Origin: Botryllus schlosseri
Lineage: Eukaryota
DNA: 64,000 bases
Direction: 5' to 3'
Assembly (NCBI GenBank): GCA_051294905.1
Contig: CM119371.1
Location: 35,218,001-35,282,000 of the forward strand
Translations under genes and position numbers: made by a program
Shown here: positions 1 through 11,836 of the stretch, in pieces
Numbering within the stretch: position 1 is the first letter of the stretch
Layout of the letters: the number at the start of each line of letters is the position of its first letter
The notes under the pieces: model-generated
Seen by the model: the letters and a program-made list of their open reading frames with translations, nothing else
Databases searched by the model: none
What the model was told of the DNA's origin: nothing

Positions 1-1256
1 CTGCATACGTTAGGTCAAACTTGGTCAAAATTAAGATTTTTAAGGTCAAAATTTTGGATTTTTTTTAGTCAAAATCTCGTGTTTTTACGTAAAAAAAATC
101 GCCCTACTGATTAAATGTCATCTGAACTTGAATCAATTTTTTAAGTTTTCGAGAACTCAGTAATTCTGAATCTAATCTAATTCGGCAAAAACCGTGCGAG
201 GTGGTTAGGCCTATAATTCTAATTTTAAGCTTATTGGAAAAAAAACTGTGCAGCTATAATTCTCATTCTAATCTAATTCGGGAAAACTGTACATTAACAA
301 CAAGAGTTGTCTGATGTGACCATTGATCTCGATATTGACAAGAAAAACCATGAAAACCAAACGAATGCAGTGTGCAGCGATCCAACCAATATCGTGGGTA
401 TTTTACCATATACAGAGACGCTTAAGTAATTCAAAGCGGAATGGTTTTCAGTAACCACACATCAGTAGATTAATCTTTATTAATATAAACAGATTGCAAT
501 AGAAACACATCTGGAGATCTGGCCCGAGTGTTTAATCTCTATGAGATTCAATACCATCTCACAAAGGCGACCATATGTTACTTTGGCAATGAAATTAACC
601 ATTGATTCGTGTGACTGAGGGTTGCACAGCCTGTGTCTATTGATTTCCCAGTCAATTCATAACACCCTTGATAGTTAGTGACTAATTGGTGACTAAATGT
701 TCGTGATAATGAATCATAAACGCTTTTGTATGATAGATAGCAAAGACGAGGCTGAGACTGAGGCTCTTTAATGATCGCCATCAGGTTTAACCTGATTATG
801 AATTGACGCATTCTGCAAAATTTAGGATTTCAAATCATAGTATTTACTGTAGGTAGATCTATAATAAATAAGTAAAGAATTTGCTACTGTAAATACTATA
901 TTCTTCAAATCCATAATTTTATACTCAAATAACTTTGCTCCTACTGGTTGGAATTTAGCCAAATTTGGTGAGCATCGTATCTGCAGACAACCTAACAATT
1001 TCACAGGGTAGCCAGAAAAATTTGAAAGTTTTATATTTATATATATAAAATTAATCCCAAACTTATACGGCAATGCTTACATAGGTTGGAATGAAACCAA
1101 AATCGGCGCCCAGCGTTTTTTAGGCAACCCAACAGTTTTATTGAAGAAACAAGTCAACTTTGAACAGCCCCATCGTCTAATTATCATATTATCAAGATAC
1201 TACATAATTTAGACAACAGACATCATATCAAACAAGCAAAACAGTATCTACGTTAC

Positions 1257-4200
1257 CTTAAACTTGAGTGTGGCGAAGCCTCTTCTTCGTCAGTCCTGTT
1301 ACTTGCAACCTGTTCTACGGGTTCAGGCGTACGAAGCTGAGCCAGTTGCTCACCTGCGTGTACAAATTAGATTTTTAGCTTCAAGCATTTTCAATTTCAA
1401 ATTAGAACCCGCCATTAACCAGAGCTAGACAGCATTGCTACTTGCGTTGTTGTAGTAGCAGTAGCACAATTACTTTCTACTGGATTACCAGCAGAGTATC
1501 GATTCCCAAGACGCGTCAAAATTACTTTGAATTGAAGTAATAAATGTAAGGTCGGAAAATTACTGAAGTAGTCTCTAGAAGTAGATTTTTTCGAGGGTTT
1601 GCACACTTTCTGCAAATTATATTTGGCTACTTGTGAACGATTACTGATTTTATGACTACTGCAAAGCAGGGTTGCAACGACTCAAGTCGAGCCATTTTCT
1701 CAAAATACGGCAAAAGAGTCGAATTGAGGCAATCTGTGAATCGACTCGACTTGAACTCGAGTCATATGACTCGAGACTAGGACGGCCAAGAGTAACATTT
1801 CGTTGTGATTTCGAAGAATAGTAAAGTTACCACACTACTGGTATTTCGTCTATTAGTACTGGTACTTGAAAATGCGACCAGAAACTGTTACAAGTGAGGA
1901 AAATTTGCATATTATGAATGTGAAGCATTCGATATCACCAAGCTGAGTAGTGAAAAGTGGGTTTAACACTAAACAGTCAACACCTATGACTTGGACTCGG
2001 ACTTGACTCGAGTCAAAACCATAAAAGTGAGATTGACTCGCGACTCGGCACCTTATGACTTGATTACAATCCTGCTGCAAAGGCTATTTCACCTGGTTCT
2101 TATGACAATTTTGCTACCAAAAGAGAAGCTAACTTATCCTAAAACCTGTTTCTACTATTGAAAATGTAGGAAGTGAGTTGTTTTGCCTCAAAATCTGTCC
2201 AAGTGCGAAAAACCTGTCATTTACACTTGTAAATTTTACAAAAAATGAATAAATAAACTTTGAAAGATATCAAGTCATAGACACACTCACCGATACCGTC
2301 GAGTTCTGTGTTGATGTCGCGTTTCAGAGCGTTCACAAAAGCCCAAATGTCTTTGACTTCTTCCGCTGCCATCTTGCGAGCTTCCTACAAACACAAAAAT
2401 AAAACACGATTGAATAGTATATTCGTATTGAAATGAACCCGAATATTTTCGGCTGACACTCGTCAGGGGTAAACGTCAGCAACTAGTAGAGAATAGGAAA
2501 GAACATTATATACATACGATTTTTTGATAAGATTCCTTATATACAATGTTTTTCCAGATTCTCTGCTAATTGCTGACGATTACCCCTGACGAGTGTCAGC
2601 AAAAATATTGGGGCTCATTTTAATATGAATATACTATTCAAGTGTATATTGAAGTTTTGTGACCTCCAAGTAACTCTTCAAACATAATATACAATTGAAT
2701 AGTATATTCATATTGAAATGAACCCGAATATTTTCTGCTGGCAATCGTCAGCAACTAGTAGCCTAGAGAATTGGAAAGAACATTGTATAGGCCTACATAC
2801 GATTTTGTGATACGATTGCTTACATTTCAATATGAATATACTTCAAGTGTATAGCTATTGAAGTTCTGTAACCTCCAAGAAACTCTTCAAAAATAATATA
2901 CAATTGAATAGTATATTCATATTGAAATGAACCCGAATATTTTCGGTTGACACTCGTCAGGGGTAATCGTCAGCAACTAGTGGAGAATTGGAAAGAACAT
3001 TGTATATCAACAATCGTATCACAAAATATGACGTCACCAGCATGAAATTTCGAATAAGAGAGAGTTCAATGTACCACACTCACCTTTCTTATTAGCGACA
3101 AAAGAGAATTTGATGGCGGATGGGGTTTCGTCTCGCACACGTCTTCCGAGCATAAGCTTGAAGAAACCTCTTCCATTTGAATAGGTTCCCCGCCAACGGC
3201 ACCCTCTGGCGGTTTCACTTGTAATTTGTTAACGGCGAGACCTTGGTTTCTTGCATCGCTGCGAATATTAATTCGGAAAATCAGTACCTGCTAACCGCGT
3301 CGGCCTCTATGTGGTTCATTCCGATATGCTGTGCTTGTTACCAGAGGGACTACAGCCAGACTTCACAACTAGAACATTTTAAACTTTTCTAAATCACAAT
3401 TAGGCCTATAACTAAACGGTTTTGCCAAATTAGGCCGGAATTAGAATTATACCTATGCAGTTTTTTTCAAGTTGGATTAGAATTTGAATTATGACTACAC
3501 AGCTTTTTCCAAATTGGATTACAATAAGTTCAGTTCGTATCAAACCACAGTCGTTCTCATAAGCATGGGAATGGCAAATGCCCGTACAGTAGGGCTCTTC
3601 AAAAATGACTTTTTTTCTCAAATCGTACTGGCTACTTGATAAAATTGTTAGGTTACCTAATTCAAGCCTACACACAAAATTTGGTTCAATTCCAACCAGT
3701 AACCGCTTTGCTACAGGAGAAGAAAGTTTCTATTTATTATATAAAAATAAATAATAAAAAATTTTCTGTTAACCCCATGAAAGTGTTAGGCTGTCTATTG
3801 AAACGATGTTCACCAAATTTGATTCAATTCCAACCAGTGGAAGCGGAGTTATCGCCGTCGAAAAATTTGGATTTGAATAAAATAGTATTTACGGTGACCG
3901 ATTCTTTGTTTCTTTATTATAGTTGTGCTCACCGTAAATACTATTTAATTCAAATAAAAAATTTTCGACAGAAACTTTCTTCTCCTGTAGCAAAGCAGTT
4001 ACTGGCTGGAATTGAACCAAATGTTGTGTGTAGGCTTAAAGTAGGTAACCTAACAATTTTATCAAGTAGCCAGTACGATTTGAGAAAAAAAAGTCATTTT
4101 TGAAGAGCCTTACTGTACTGCAATCTTGGCTCATTTATCACCATACAGTTTTTCTGTAACGTTTACCGGAAAACGAGATATTAGATTAAAATTATAGCTA

Positions 4201-5832
4201 CACAGTTTTCTTTTAAATCAGATTAGAATTAGAATTACTGAGTTTACGAAAACTTAGATTAATGACGTGTCGATATAATCAGACAATTAAACCATTTGGT
4301 TATCCAAGGTCTGGCTGTTGCACAACACAACCAAACAAAGCTTCAGGGCTTCCATGGTGGTTCCCCATTGTCAAAACCATAATTTCGTCATTCCATAACA
4401 ACATCTCTCACTTCTTAACTGAATCATTATTCAGATTTAAGTACCACGGTAAGTCACATTGGTCCCAATATCCAATATCACATCTGACATTCAAGTTGAT
4501 GACTTTCTAATAGCACATCAATATCTCTTATTTATCGATAATATTAGCACTCTATTGCCTAAATCGGTGCAAAATTTCAATGTATCAGCACACGAAACTG
4601 ATGATCAATAATTCCTGTTGGTACGAGTTTATACTAATTATAGCGTACCTCTTTTTTTGCTCTGTATTCGTACGGACAGGATCCGTCTCCGATTCTTCAC
4701 TACATCGATCAGGTAAGATCGCAAACCCCTGTAGACGCATAATGGTCAGATTCAAAAGCAGCAATCAAGAAAGCAACAGCTGCTTTAATCACACTTTCCA
4801 GTAGCAGGCAGCCAATCGATCACGGTATGATATTGATTCCTGGCTTACAGGACAGTTGTCAAATCAATACTTTAACCCGATCATTTCCAACTGAAGTGAG
4901 TCCATTTACCGCTAACATTAGAATATGGTACCATAAACGGTGCACACTAAATATTATCGATGTAGTTCGGTCTGATTATTTTCCATGGGGCTTGTCTGAA
5001 TTCAGCAAGCGGTTGATTTTAGACCAGTGGTTTCCAAATACTTTGAGGCAAGCCAAATTAAGGACCACGCAATTTAATATCATCCGATGTTACAGACATT
5101 AACGCACAAGTAGGCCTACATATCAAGATTAAAAAAGTGCTCTTCCCAGTTCCCACTCGCTATTTTCTTGCACAAAATCTAGTAGAACAGACATTTCCCA
5201 GACACAAATAGGAGAAAATAATTCAATGAAATAGTGACCAGCGATATGGTCCTTAGGTCATCAAGACAGCTGGTCACATATCATACAGTCATACATAGGC
5301 CTATGTTACAAATATAAACATATGTTGTGCAAAGTATAAAGCCATATCTGGCATATTTACTGCTGTTAATACAACTAGATGAAAAAAGTAACACATAGCA
5401 AATTAAGGTTTAAAAAGTATGCGATCATGCACCAGCTAAATGAGAAACCATGTTTTACACGATGGTGTGGTTTCTATGTAATCAACCATGTTAGGCATGA
5501 ATTTTTGCATTCAGACAACCCCTGAACGAAAACCGTAAAATATATCACCTCTGTTTCATTTGTTTTTTGTTTCTTTTTCTTCTTTCGGTCAGTTTTGGTA
5601 CGCTCCCGCACGTTATAGATGTGTAAATCCCGCCTTTCCTTTTGACATATCTGAAGAGCTGTTTCGTATTCCTCTGTAAATAGAAACCGCCGTTAAAATT
5701 GATCGTAACTTATAATACCTACCCAACGCATCAATCGCAACACGCACCTTGTGAATCTATCCTGATTTCATCACCTTCATCGTCGACATATGAAAACTGT
5801 GCTTTATCGCCGCATCCGATTTCTCCAATCAC
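1257..5832 (-). CDS. Multi-exon PB1-domain protein, NBR1/p62-like (partial; start and 3' end unresolved). Exons 5748-5832, 5549-5673, 3084-3287 (or -3258), 2291-2384, 1420-1524, 1257-1353, possibly 578-812
   Basis: GT-AG exons with matching phases translate to VIGEIGCGDKAQFSYVDDEGDEIRIDSQ|EEYETALQICQKERRDLHIYNV... This carries the acidic OPCA motif of PB1 domains and resembles human NBR1 YLDEENEEVSINSQGEYEEAL. Downstream exons are open and phase-consistent. Confidence 0.6.
1667..2074. mobile_element. hAT-type MITE, GACTCGAGTC-rich family (family B)
   Basis: Ends CAGGGTTGCAA...TTACAATCCTG, perfect 8-bp TSD CTGCAAAG. Related copies near 37815-38236, 39977-40608, 45683-46265 and 48970-49603. 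Confidence 0.8.
2408..3075. mobile_element. Cluster of tandem and inverted Penelope-like terminal repeats containing minimal hammerhead ribozyme motifs
   Basis: About five copies of a ~110-170 bp unit in both orientations. The unit contains CCCCTGACGAGTGTCAGCCGAAAATATTCGGG. Dispersed copies near 28430-28495, 38635-38783, 51205-51300 and 62750-62985. Confidence 0.7.
3590..4112. mobile_element. hAT-type MITE with long TIRs (family A)
   Basis: TAGGGCTCTTCAAAAATGAC...GTCATTTTTGAAGAGCCTTA, ~130-bp inverted arms, degenerate 8-bp TSD. Many copies in the window. Confidence 0.85.
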
Positions 5833-6200
5833 CTATCATTGTTATTCAACATGAATAATGACAATCACGGTTACGTCAAACTGCAGACTTGGGCAACTAG
5901 ATGATTCCAGTCGTCTCAGTATGCTAATTCGAGCAAAATGTCAGTAATTTCATTCTAATTTAATTTCCAGTGAGGAACGATTCAAGCTTGCTGTAAAGAT
6001 ATTTGACATTCTTAAGATAATGAACACTGATTTAATATGAACGAAACTGATTTTTGACTTTTGTTGCCATTTCTTTCTAGTTCAGGATTAAATTAAATTT
6101 GAAAGTTTTTACAAATTCAGTAATTCTAATTTTAATCTAATTTGGAAAAAAATTTGTAGCTATAATTGTAATTCTAATACAATTTGGAAATGCTGACAAT

Positions 6201-6450
6201 TATCGCCGCTGTGGAATCAAAGTAGCTCATGTCCAATTTTCAAATTTTCGAAAGTCCATTTTTAAAACTTGAAAAAATCGACTTTTCGAAAACTTTTGAA
6301 TATTTCTTGGTTATAACTTTGCCCTATTTATGTCTGTCTCGGTTTTTTAAAGTTAATCCGGGCAAATATATAGCTGAAAGAAGATGAAAACATAATTTTC
6401 TCAAAATGTGTCAAATAAACATAAGCTACTTTGATTCCACTATGACGATA
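6201..6450. mobile_element. Small MITE with ~30-bp TIRs
   Basis: TATCGCCGCTGTGGAATCAAAGTAGCTCATGT is inverted relative to ACATAAGCTACTTTGATTCCACTATGACGATA. Confidence 0.6.
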
Positions 6451-6476
6451 TAATTGAACTTTTTACTACTTAGATA

Positions 6477-6963
6477 CACTACAAAAAAAAATAAGACAAA
6501 TTTGGTCTCAATGTCTCAAATCGATTTTTTACAAAAAAAAAGTCTTAAAGACCAATAAGTCTTAAAGACCAATTAGTCTTAAAGACCAATTAGTCTTACC
6601 AAGTACTTTATGTCTCAAAAGTAAGCCAGAAATTGATCGAAAATAGTAGCAGTGCCTCGGGGGCATCCTTTTCAGTGTTAGGGGTCTGAGCGGAGGAGGG
6701 GAAGGATGAGAGAGACCAGAAATTGCAGTGTTGAGATGATCCTGTACTAAGTTTACAAGGTATTCACTAGATATAGTTATCAAGGTACATGCCACTTACT
6801 ACTCACATGTACTATTCAGATCAATATATATATGGTTGTCTGAGTCGAAAATAGCATTTATGGTGAGTGGGTGGTAAAATGAGACCAAATCATCCTCATT
6901 TCTTAAATTTGAGACCAAATTTGTCTAATTTTGAGACCAATTTGTCTAATTTTTTTTGTAGTG
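6477..6963. mobile_element. Non-autonomous CACTA (CMC-EnSpm) element, copy 1
   Basis: Starts CACTACAAAAAAA, ends TTTTTTTGTAGTG, has subterminal GAGACCAA/AAGACCAA repeats, and is flanked by ATA/ATA. Confidence 0.85.
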
Positions 6964-6968
6964 ATACG

Positions 6969-6975
6969 TATATAA
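6969..6975 (+). promoter_or_regulatory. Candidate TATA box for the structured RNA at 6997
   Basis: TATATAA 28 nt upstream of the predicted 5' end. Confidence 0.3.
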
Positions 6976-6996
6976 CCAACGACTGCCGAACGAGCA

Positions 6997-7442
6997 GACG
7001 CGAACGAAACGATGAAGCTCTCGGCGACGGCCGACGCCGGTCGGGGCACGGCTTTCTGTGCTAGTGTTCGTCGTGACCCGGGCCGTGGCGCCGACCCCGG
7101 AAGTGGCCGACCGGTCCGCGGGGCGGAACGTGTTCGCGCGCTGACCGGCGCGCAAGCTCCGGATCCGCGCGAGACGGCTGCGTAAACGACCGGTTTTCGA
7201 CGGCGGGGCGGCTCGATCGAGCTGTGCAAAATTAACACCTCTACTTCCTAAAGCCGCGTTTCGCGGAGCTAGCAAGACCCGCAGCCCCATCTGACCCGCG
7301 CTCGTCTGAGGGGCAGTTCAGACCTGTCAGGCGATGACCGCAGCCCGGTTCTGCCACGTCGCCAACCAGTACTACAACGCGGCAAAAGCCCATTGATGAT
7401 CGGCCCTCGCTCGCCACGGGGGAGAGCGATAGCCTGAGCGTC
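6997..7442 (+). ncRNA. Candidate long structured C/D-box RNA (U3-like or scaRNA-like)
   Basis: Terminal stem GACGC/GCGTC. Boxes GATGA (7011), TGATGA (7394) and CTGA (7434). Nested long-range helices pair 7050-7095 with 7326-7390 and contain many G-U pairs on the + strand. Confidence 0.5.
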
Positions 7443-8094
7443 GAGCGCCGCGCTGGAAATTGGGACTCTAAATTGAAAGAGCGATAAGCTTTTAGAAACG
7501 ACGGGTCATAAGTAGACGACAATGTGTATTGGGCTTCGAGTCGTGTCGAGTGTTCGATTATCAATGAGAACGGCGTGGAAAGTTGAAATGTATACAAATT
7601 ATACATGTAGAGTGGCCACAGCGAATAAAATGTCAGTTTCGCATCGGATTAAATGTAATTGCGACAGGACAGGTATATTTTTCGAGCGTACCCGTTTAAT
7701 TGCGCATTTTTGATGATAATTCTGGGATGATCCACCGATCAAGGATAATCCCGGAATTATCAAATATTTATCAAAGAAAAATTGAAATCACTCCACTTCT
7801 ACGGCTTGGAATTCAAAATGCTTGGAATTCAAAATTTTCATGCTGTACTAAATCCGCGAATATTGGTTAGAATGAATTCGAATCTGGTGTACGTCGTTTT
7901 ATCGATTTAATCACGTAACCAACAAGATTCAGAAATAAAGGTTATTTTTCAACAGTCCTATTGCGCATCCATTGTCACTGTTGCCGCGGCTCGACCACGA
8001 CTTCACAGATATCTCATATACAATGACGCACCCCGCTTCGTATGCCGCAACGCGTTGGGAAATTACTTCGAAACTATAAATTAACTCTTAGCGA

Positions 8095-8822
8095 CATCAT
8101 CATTGGTTTATTAGCAATTTTATCAGTTCAATACACCACAAAAAATGCGATACAATGAATAGACAGGAAGATGTCGAAGCGACTTGGATTTGTCAATGGA
8201 ATCGGACACCCACCTTGGCCTAGGCGTAGTAAAGAGGAGGCATGCACACTGAATGAAAGTAAAGAATACAGTATAGAAAAAGAAAGCGACAAGAAATAGG
8301 GCGGCATGTCATGGGAAGCGAGATCGATAGGTCAGTCGTGGTCCGGTAATCTTGAGGATGGACTGTATTTATTTAGTAGTAATTGCTTGTATTTCGACTT
8401 GAATGTGGACATGCTCGTCGACTGTCGGATGGCCGGCGGGATACTATTCCACACATCAGGTCCGGCATATTTGATGGAGCGATGATCTTTTCGGTCGATC
8501 ATATGATATTTGGACGACGTGGACGCGCGCGTGTGTTGTACTTGTGCGCTTTTGATTCAGAGGTAAAGAAGTCATTGAAATATTCGGGGCAACGACCGCA
8601 GTGAAACTGATACATAAACTTGGCGATTTCTAGTTTCCGCATATCTTCTATGTTTAGGACGCCGAATCTCTTCAGCAGCGACTTATTGGATGGGCAGCCA
8701 GGCCCCTTTGGGGCCCTAGCTATGATTCGGAGCACTTTATGCTGTAGTTTCTGCAGTGGCTTGAGTGCAGTTTTACTGGCAGCCCCCCAACAGAGGATGC
8801 CATAATGTAACTTCGACAGGAT
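8095..8822 (-). mobile_element. 5'-truncated CR1/L2-group LINE (ORF2 C-terminus, 3' UTR, (ATG)n tail)
   Basis: Translates to ...HYGILCWGAASKTALKPLQKLQHKVLRIIA...FMYQFH...HKYNTR, a typical CR1/L2-group ORF2 C-terminus. Ends AATAAACCAATGATG. Confidence 0.8.
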
Positions 8823-8901
8823 CGTCTAATTTCAGTACGCTAAGAAATCATGTATCACTACACGATTAGAATCTTTAAATTGTTACTCTGTTCATTTTTG
8901 A

Positions 8902-10088
8902 GTGCCCGTGCCATTGTGTTCGCCCGGCCCCAAACTACGAGCCCGCTCGCGGACGGCGGGAACCGCGGGATTATGCGAGAGACCTCCAGCGGATGACGCG
9001 AGCGTGCGAATTCGAATTGCCGCGTATCGTCTCCCGCTCTCGAGGGCGTCGTGGCCTAATGGGTATAAGCACTGTGCTTGCCTCGCCGAATCCCTCCCAC
9101 CAAAGGCGAAAATGAAGAGCGAAAAAGTATACGGTATGGTTACGCCCAAAGAATGTAGAAGGGCAAGAAGTGCAAGGTCATTGTTGCGTCATGCCACTGT
9201 TACGTTGCGGCATCCATTTTGGTCTCAAAAGACCATAAAAACAGCCTGAACCTATGTGTGAGGCTGTAGTTTTCGTTCATATTGGCAGTGATATTTATGG
9301 GATTACGCCCGCAACTGGTATATTGGACATAGAAACCAAGGTGAATTTATGTATTTTCGTTGTCTGCTGGTCGTTTTTATTTCAGATCACCCCGGACTAC
9401 CACAGCAAAATGCATTTCTGGGCTGCATCAACGAATTGTAGGCCTACATATGGCGATATATTTAGAATCTCAACCTAAAGGCTTCTTGTGAGAATTGTAT
9501 CCTGTTGAAGCAGGAGATGGAGCTAGTAAGATTCAATATGGCCAATAGAAACTTGCCGCATACATACTGTAACAGCATAGACCACCCAATACGATATAAA
9601 GTCACCCATCTTACAATTTGCAGCTACAAGGCCGGTGTCAGGAGAAAGATGAAGAAATTGCGCGTTATTATTATGATTAAAAGTTTATAGAGTCGCCGCC
9701 CTTATCACCTGTTTAGGTCTTGTGTGCCACGGAATACAGTGCAAAGAAATTCAGGGAGAAAGACGAAGAAATTGCGCTGTTGAAATCGCTGGTAATGCGA
9801 AATCATTGTGAAATTAATTGTAGCATTTCGACGATACAAATACACAATGAAAACCAAACAAGATACCCAAATGTGATTAATAGCGGAATTGCACAATTTA
9901 TGATCGTTTTGGAACTTGGATGTAAGCTCGGATAACAAGGACCAGATGGAGGAGGATAGGAAGGTTTTTTCAACAAGGATCAGATTCAGGCTTTGAAAAG
10001 AGAAGGGCAGGCCTCTGGATGCAGATGGGCCGGTGATACATTTATGTCAGCACTGAAAATCAGGTTTTCATTTGGAAAGCATGGGTAG
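8902..10088 (+). pseudogene. Degenerate P-element (THAP9-like) transposase relic
   Basis: 9969-10088 reads FNKDQIQALKREGQASGCRWAGDTFMSALKIRFSFGKHG*, matching the P-transposase F..DQI..L....RW...T...AL..RF..G..GY motif. Broken THAP-like motifs lie upstream (VPLC, YRLP, CRR, CGIHF). Confidence 0.6.
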
Positions 10089-10873
10089 TTTTTGAGCTCC
10101 AACAGTGCTTCTATATCGAATGTAAACATTCGATGGTGTAGATATCTCAGTAAATCCTCTGATACCACGAACATTTTTATTAATTTTTTAATATGTTCTC
10201 GGCAAAAAATCACAAACAAAATATGCGACGGAATCCGACCCGAATACGCAGAAATACAACAAAAACAACCGCCGATACCCCTGTCCGCCCGCGACAAACG
10301 CGACTACACGCGCCCCAATACGGACCGGGACGGGGCTCGTTCACTTGAGGACCAATTCTACTACGTCCTTATGGAGAAAATTGATTTTTGGTCCGAAAGT
10401 GAACGAGCCCCGTAGGTTCGTCAATTAGATTAGCGGACCTGGACGCCTCTGCATTACCTTTTTCCTAGAATTCATGATCATTTCCTATAGAGAAAGGTTC
10501 AAGCGGGTATTTATGTTAAAAACAATTTGTTTTTCTCGTATAATATCAGTTTCAATATGCATATTTCCATCACAGTCCCGTGAATTCAATAAATTCATTT
10601 GCGCATATAGAAACTGGATTTTTGACGGTCCGGAGTTCGTGGACGGGTTTTAGCTTCGAGCTAACGGATCGGAATCTTCGAGGAAATGATCGAGTCGAGT
10701 CGAATCTAGTAGAACATCAACGGAGGTATTTGCCATTATTCATGTAGGTTAGAAAGGGGACACTGTGGATATATGTAATTTATTTTATTTGTGTGTGCAT
10801 GCCGCTTCCTTTGTAGGCCGAGGCTAGAGTGTGACCGATTAACTTCATAGCTTGTTTCGAATTCCCGTACATA

Positions 10874-11361
10874 CACTACAAAAAAAAATAAGACAAATTT
10901 GGTCTCAATGTCTCAAATCGATTTTTTACAAAAAAAAAGTCTTAAAGACCAATAAGTCTTAAAGACCAATTAGTCTTAAAGACCAATTAGTCTTACCAAG
11001 TACTTTATGTCTCAAAAGTAAGCCAGAAATTGATCGAAAATAGTAGCAGTGCCTCGGGGGCATCCTTTTCAGTGTTAGGGGTCTGAGCGGAGGAGGGGAA
11101 GGATGAGAGAGACCAGAAATTGCAGTGTTGAGATGATCCTGTACTAAGTTTACAAGGTATTCACTAGATATAGTTATCAAGGTACATGCCACTTACTACT
11201 CACATGTACTATTCAGATCAATATATATATGGTTGTCTGAGTCGAAAATAGCATTTATGGTGAGTGGGTGGTAAAATGAGACCAAATCATCCTCATTTCT
11301 TAAATTTGAGACCAAATTTGTCTAATTTTGAGACCAATTTGTCTAATTTTTTTTTGTAGTG
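10874..11361. mobile_element. Non-autonomous CACTA element, copy 2 (direct repeat of 6477-6963)
   Basis: Essentially identical to copy 1 apart from one extra T in the terminal T-run. Flanked by TA/TA. Confidence 0.85.
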
Positions 11362-11644
11362 TATAGATACATAAACTTTCACATGGGAGATAGGTAAAGT
11401 GTACATGTAATTTTTAGTGTGCAACACATTGCGTATAATATGTGGGACAATTGAGGTTATCGGACGGTTTGAGTCAGCCTCTAATTTCTTTTGTGTTTCA
11501 AGATTGACACCTCTGAAACTATACAGTCTTGATACTGATCTAGACCTATGTACAGTAGAAAATTATGAAACCATATAGCAATCTTCTATAGGAATAGGAC
11601 TATATAATATATGGACTCACTGCCACTATTCAGCACCAACTTAC

Positions 11645-11836
11645 CAATCCGAGTATGTCCTCCCATTGCATGTGTGTAGGAATTTGAAACGCCGGCGGTT
11701 CCATTACATCGTCATCAATATCCATGGACTCATTGTGATGCACATAAAGGTTGTAACATCCCGCCATATCGTCGTCGTAACTTTTACTTTGGTTTGAATT
11801 AAGACTGTTCACCAGGCTACCGAAAAAACTGGACAT
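11645..11836 (-). CDS. Orphan exon-like ORF of unknown gene or TE
   Basis: CAG|ATG start, 64 open codons (MSSFFGSLV...WEDILGL), strong GTAAGT donor. Confidence 0.3.

Noticed and set aside
8890..9145. Telomerase-RNA-like pseudoknot on the minus strand
   Set aside because: No telomeric template is present, and the region is better explained as a THAP relic on the plus strand.
10471..10490. U3 box A-like TTCATGATCATTTCCTATAG
   Set aside because: No U3 3' domain follows it, and it lies 3 kb downstream of the C/D candidate. Likely chance.
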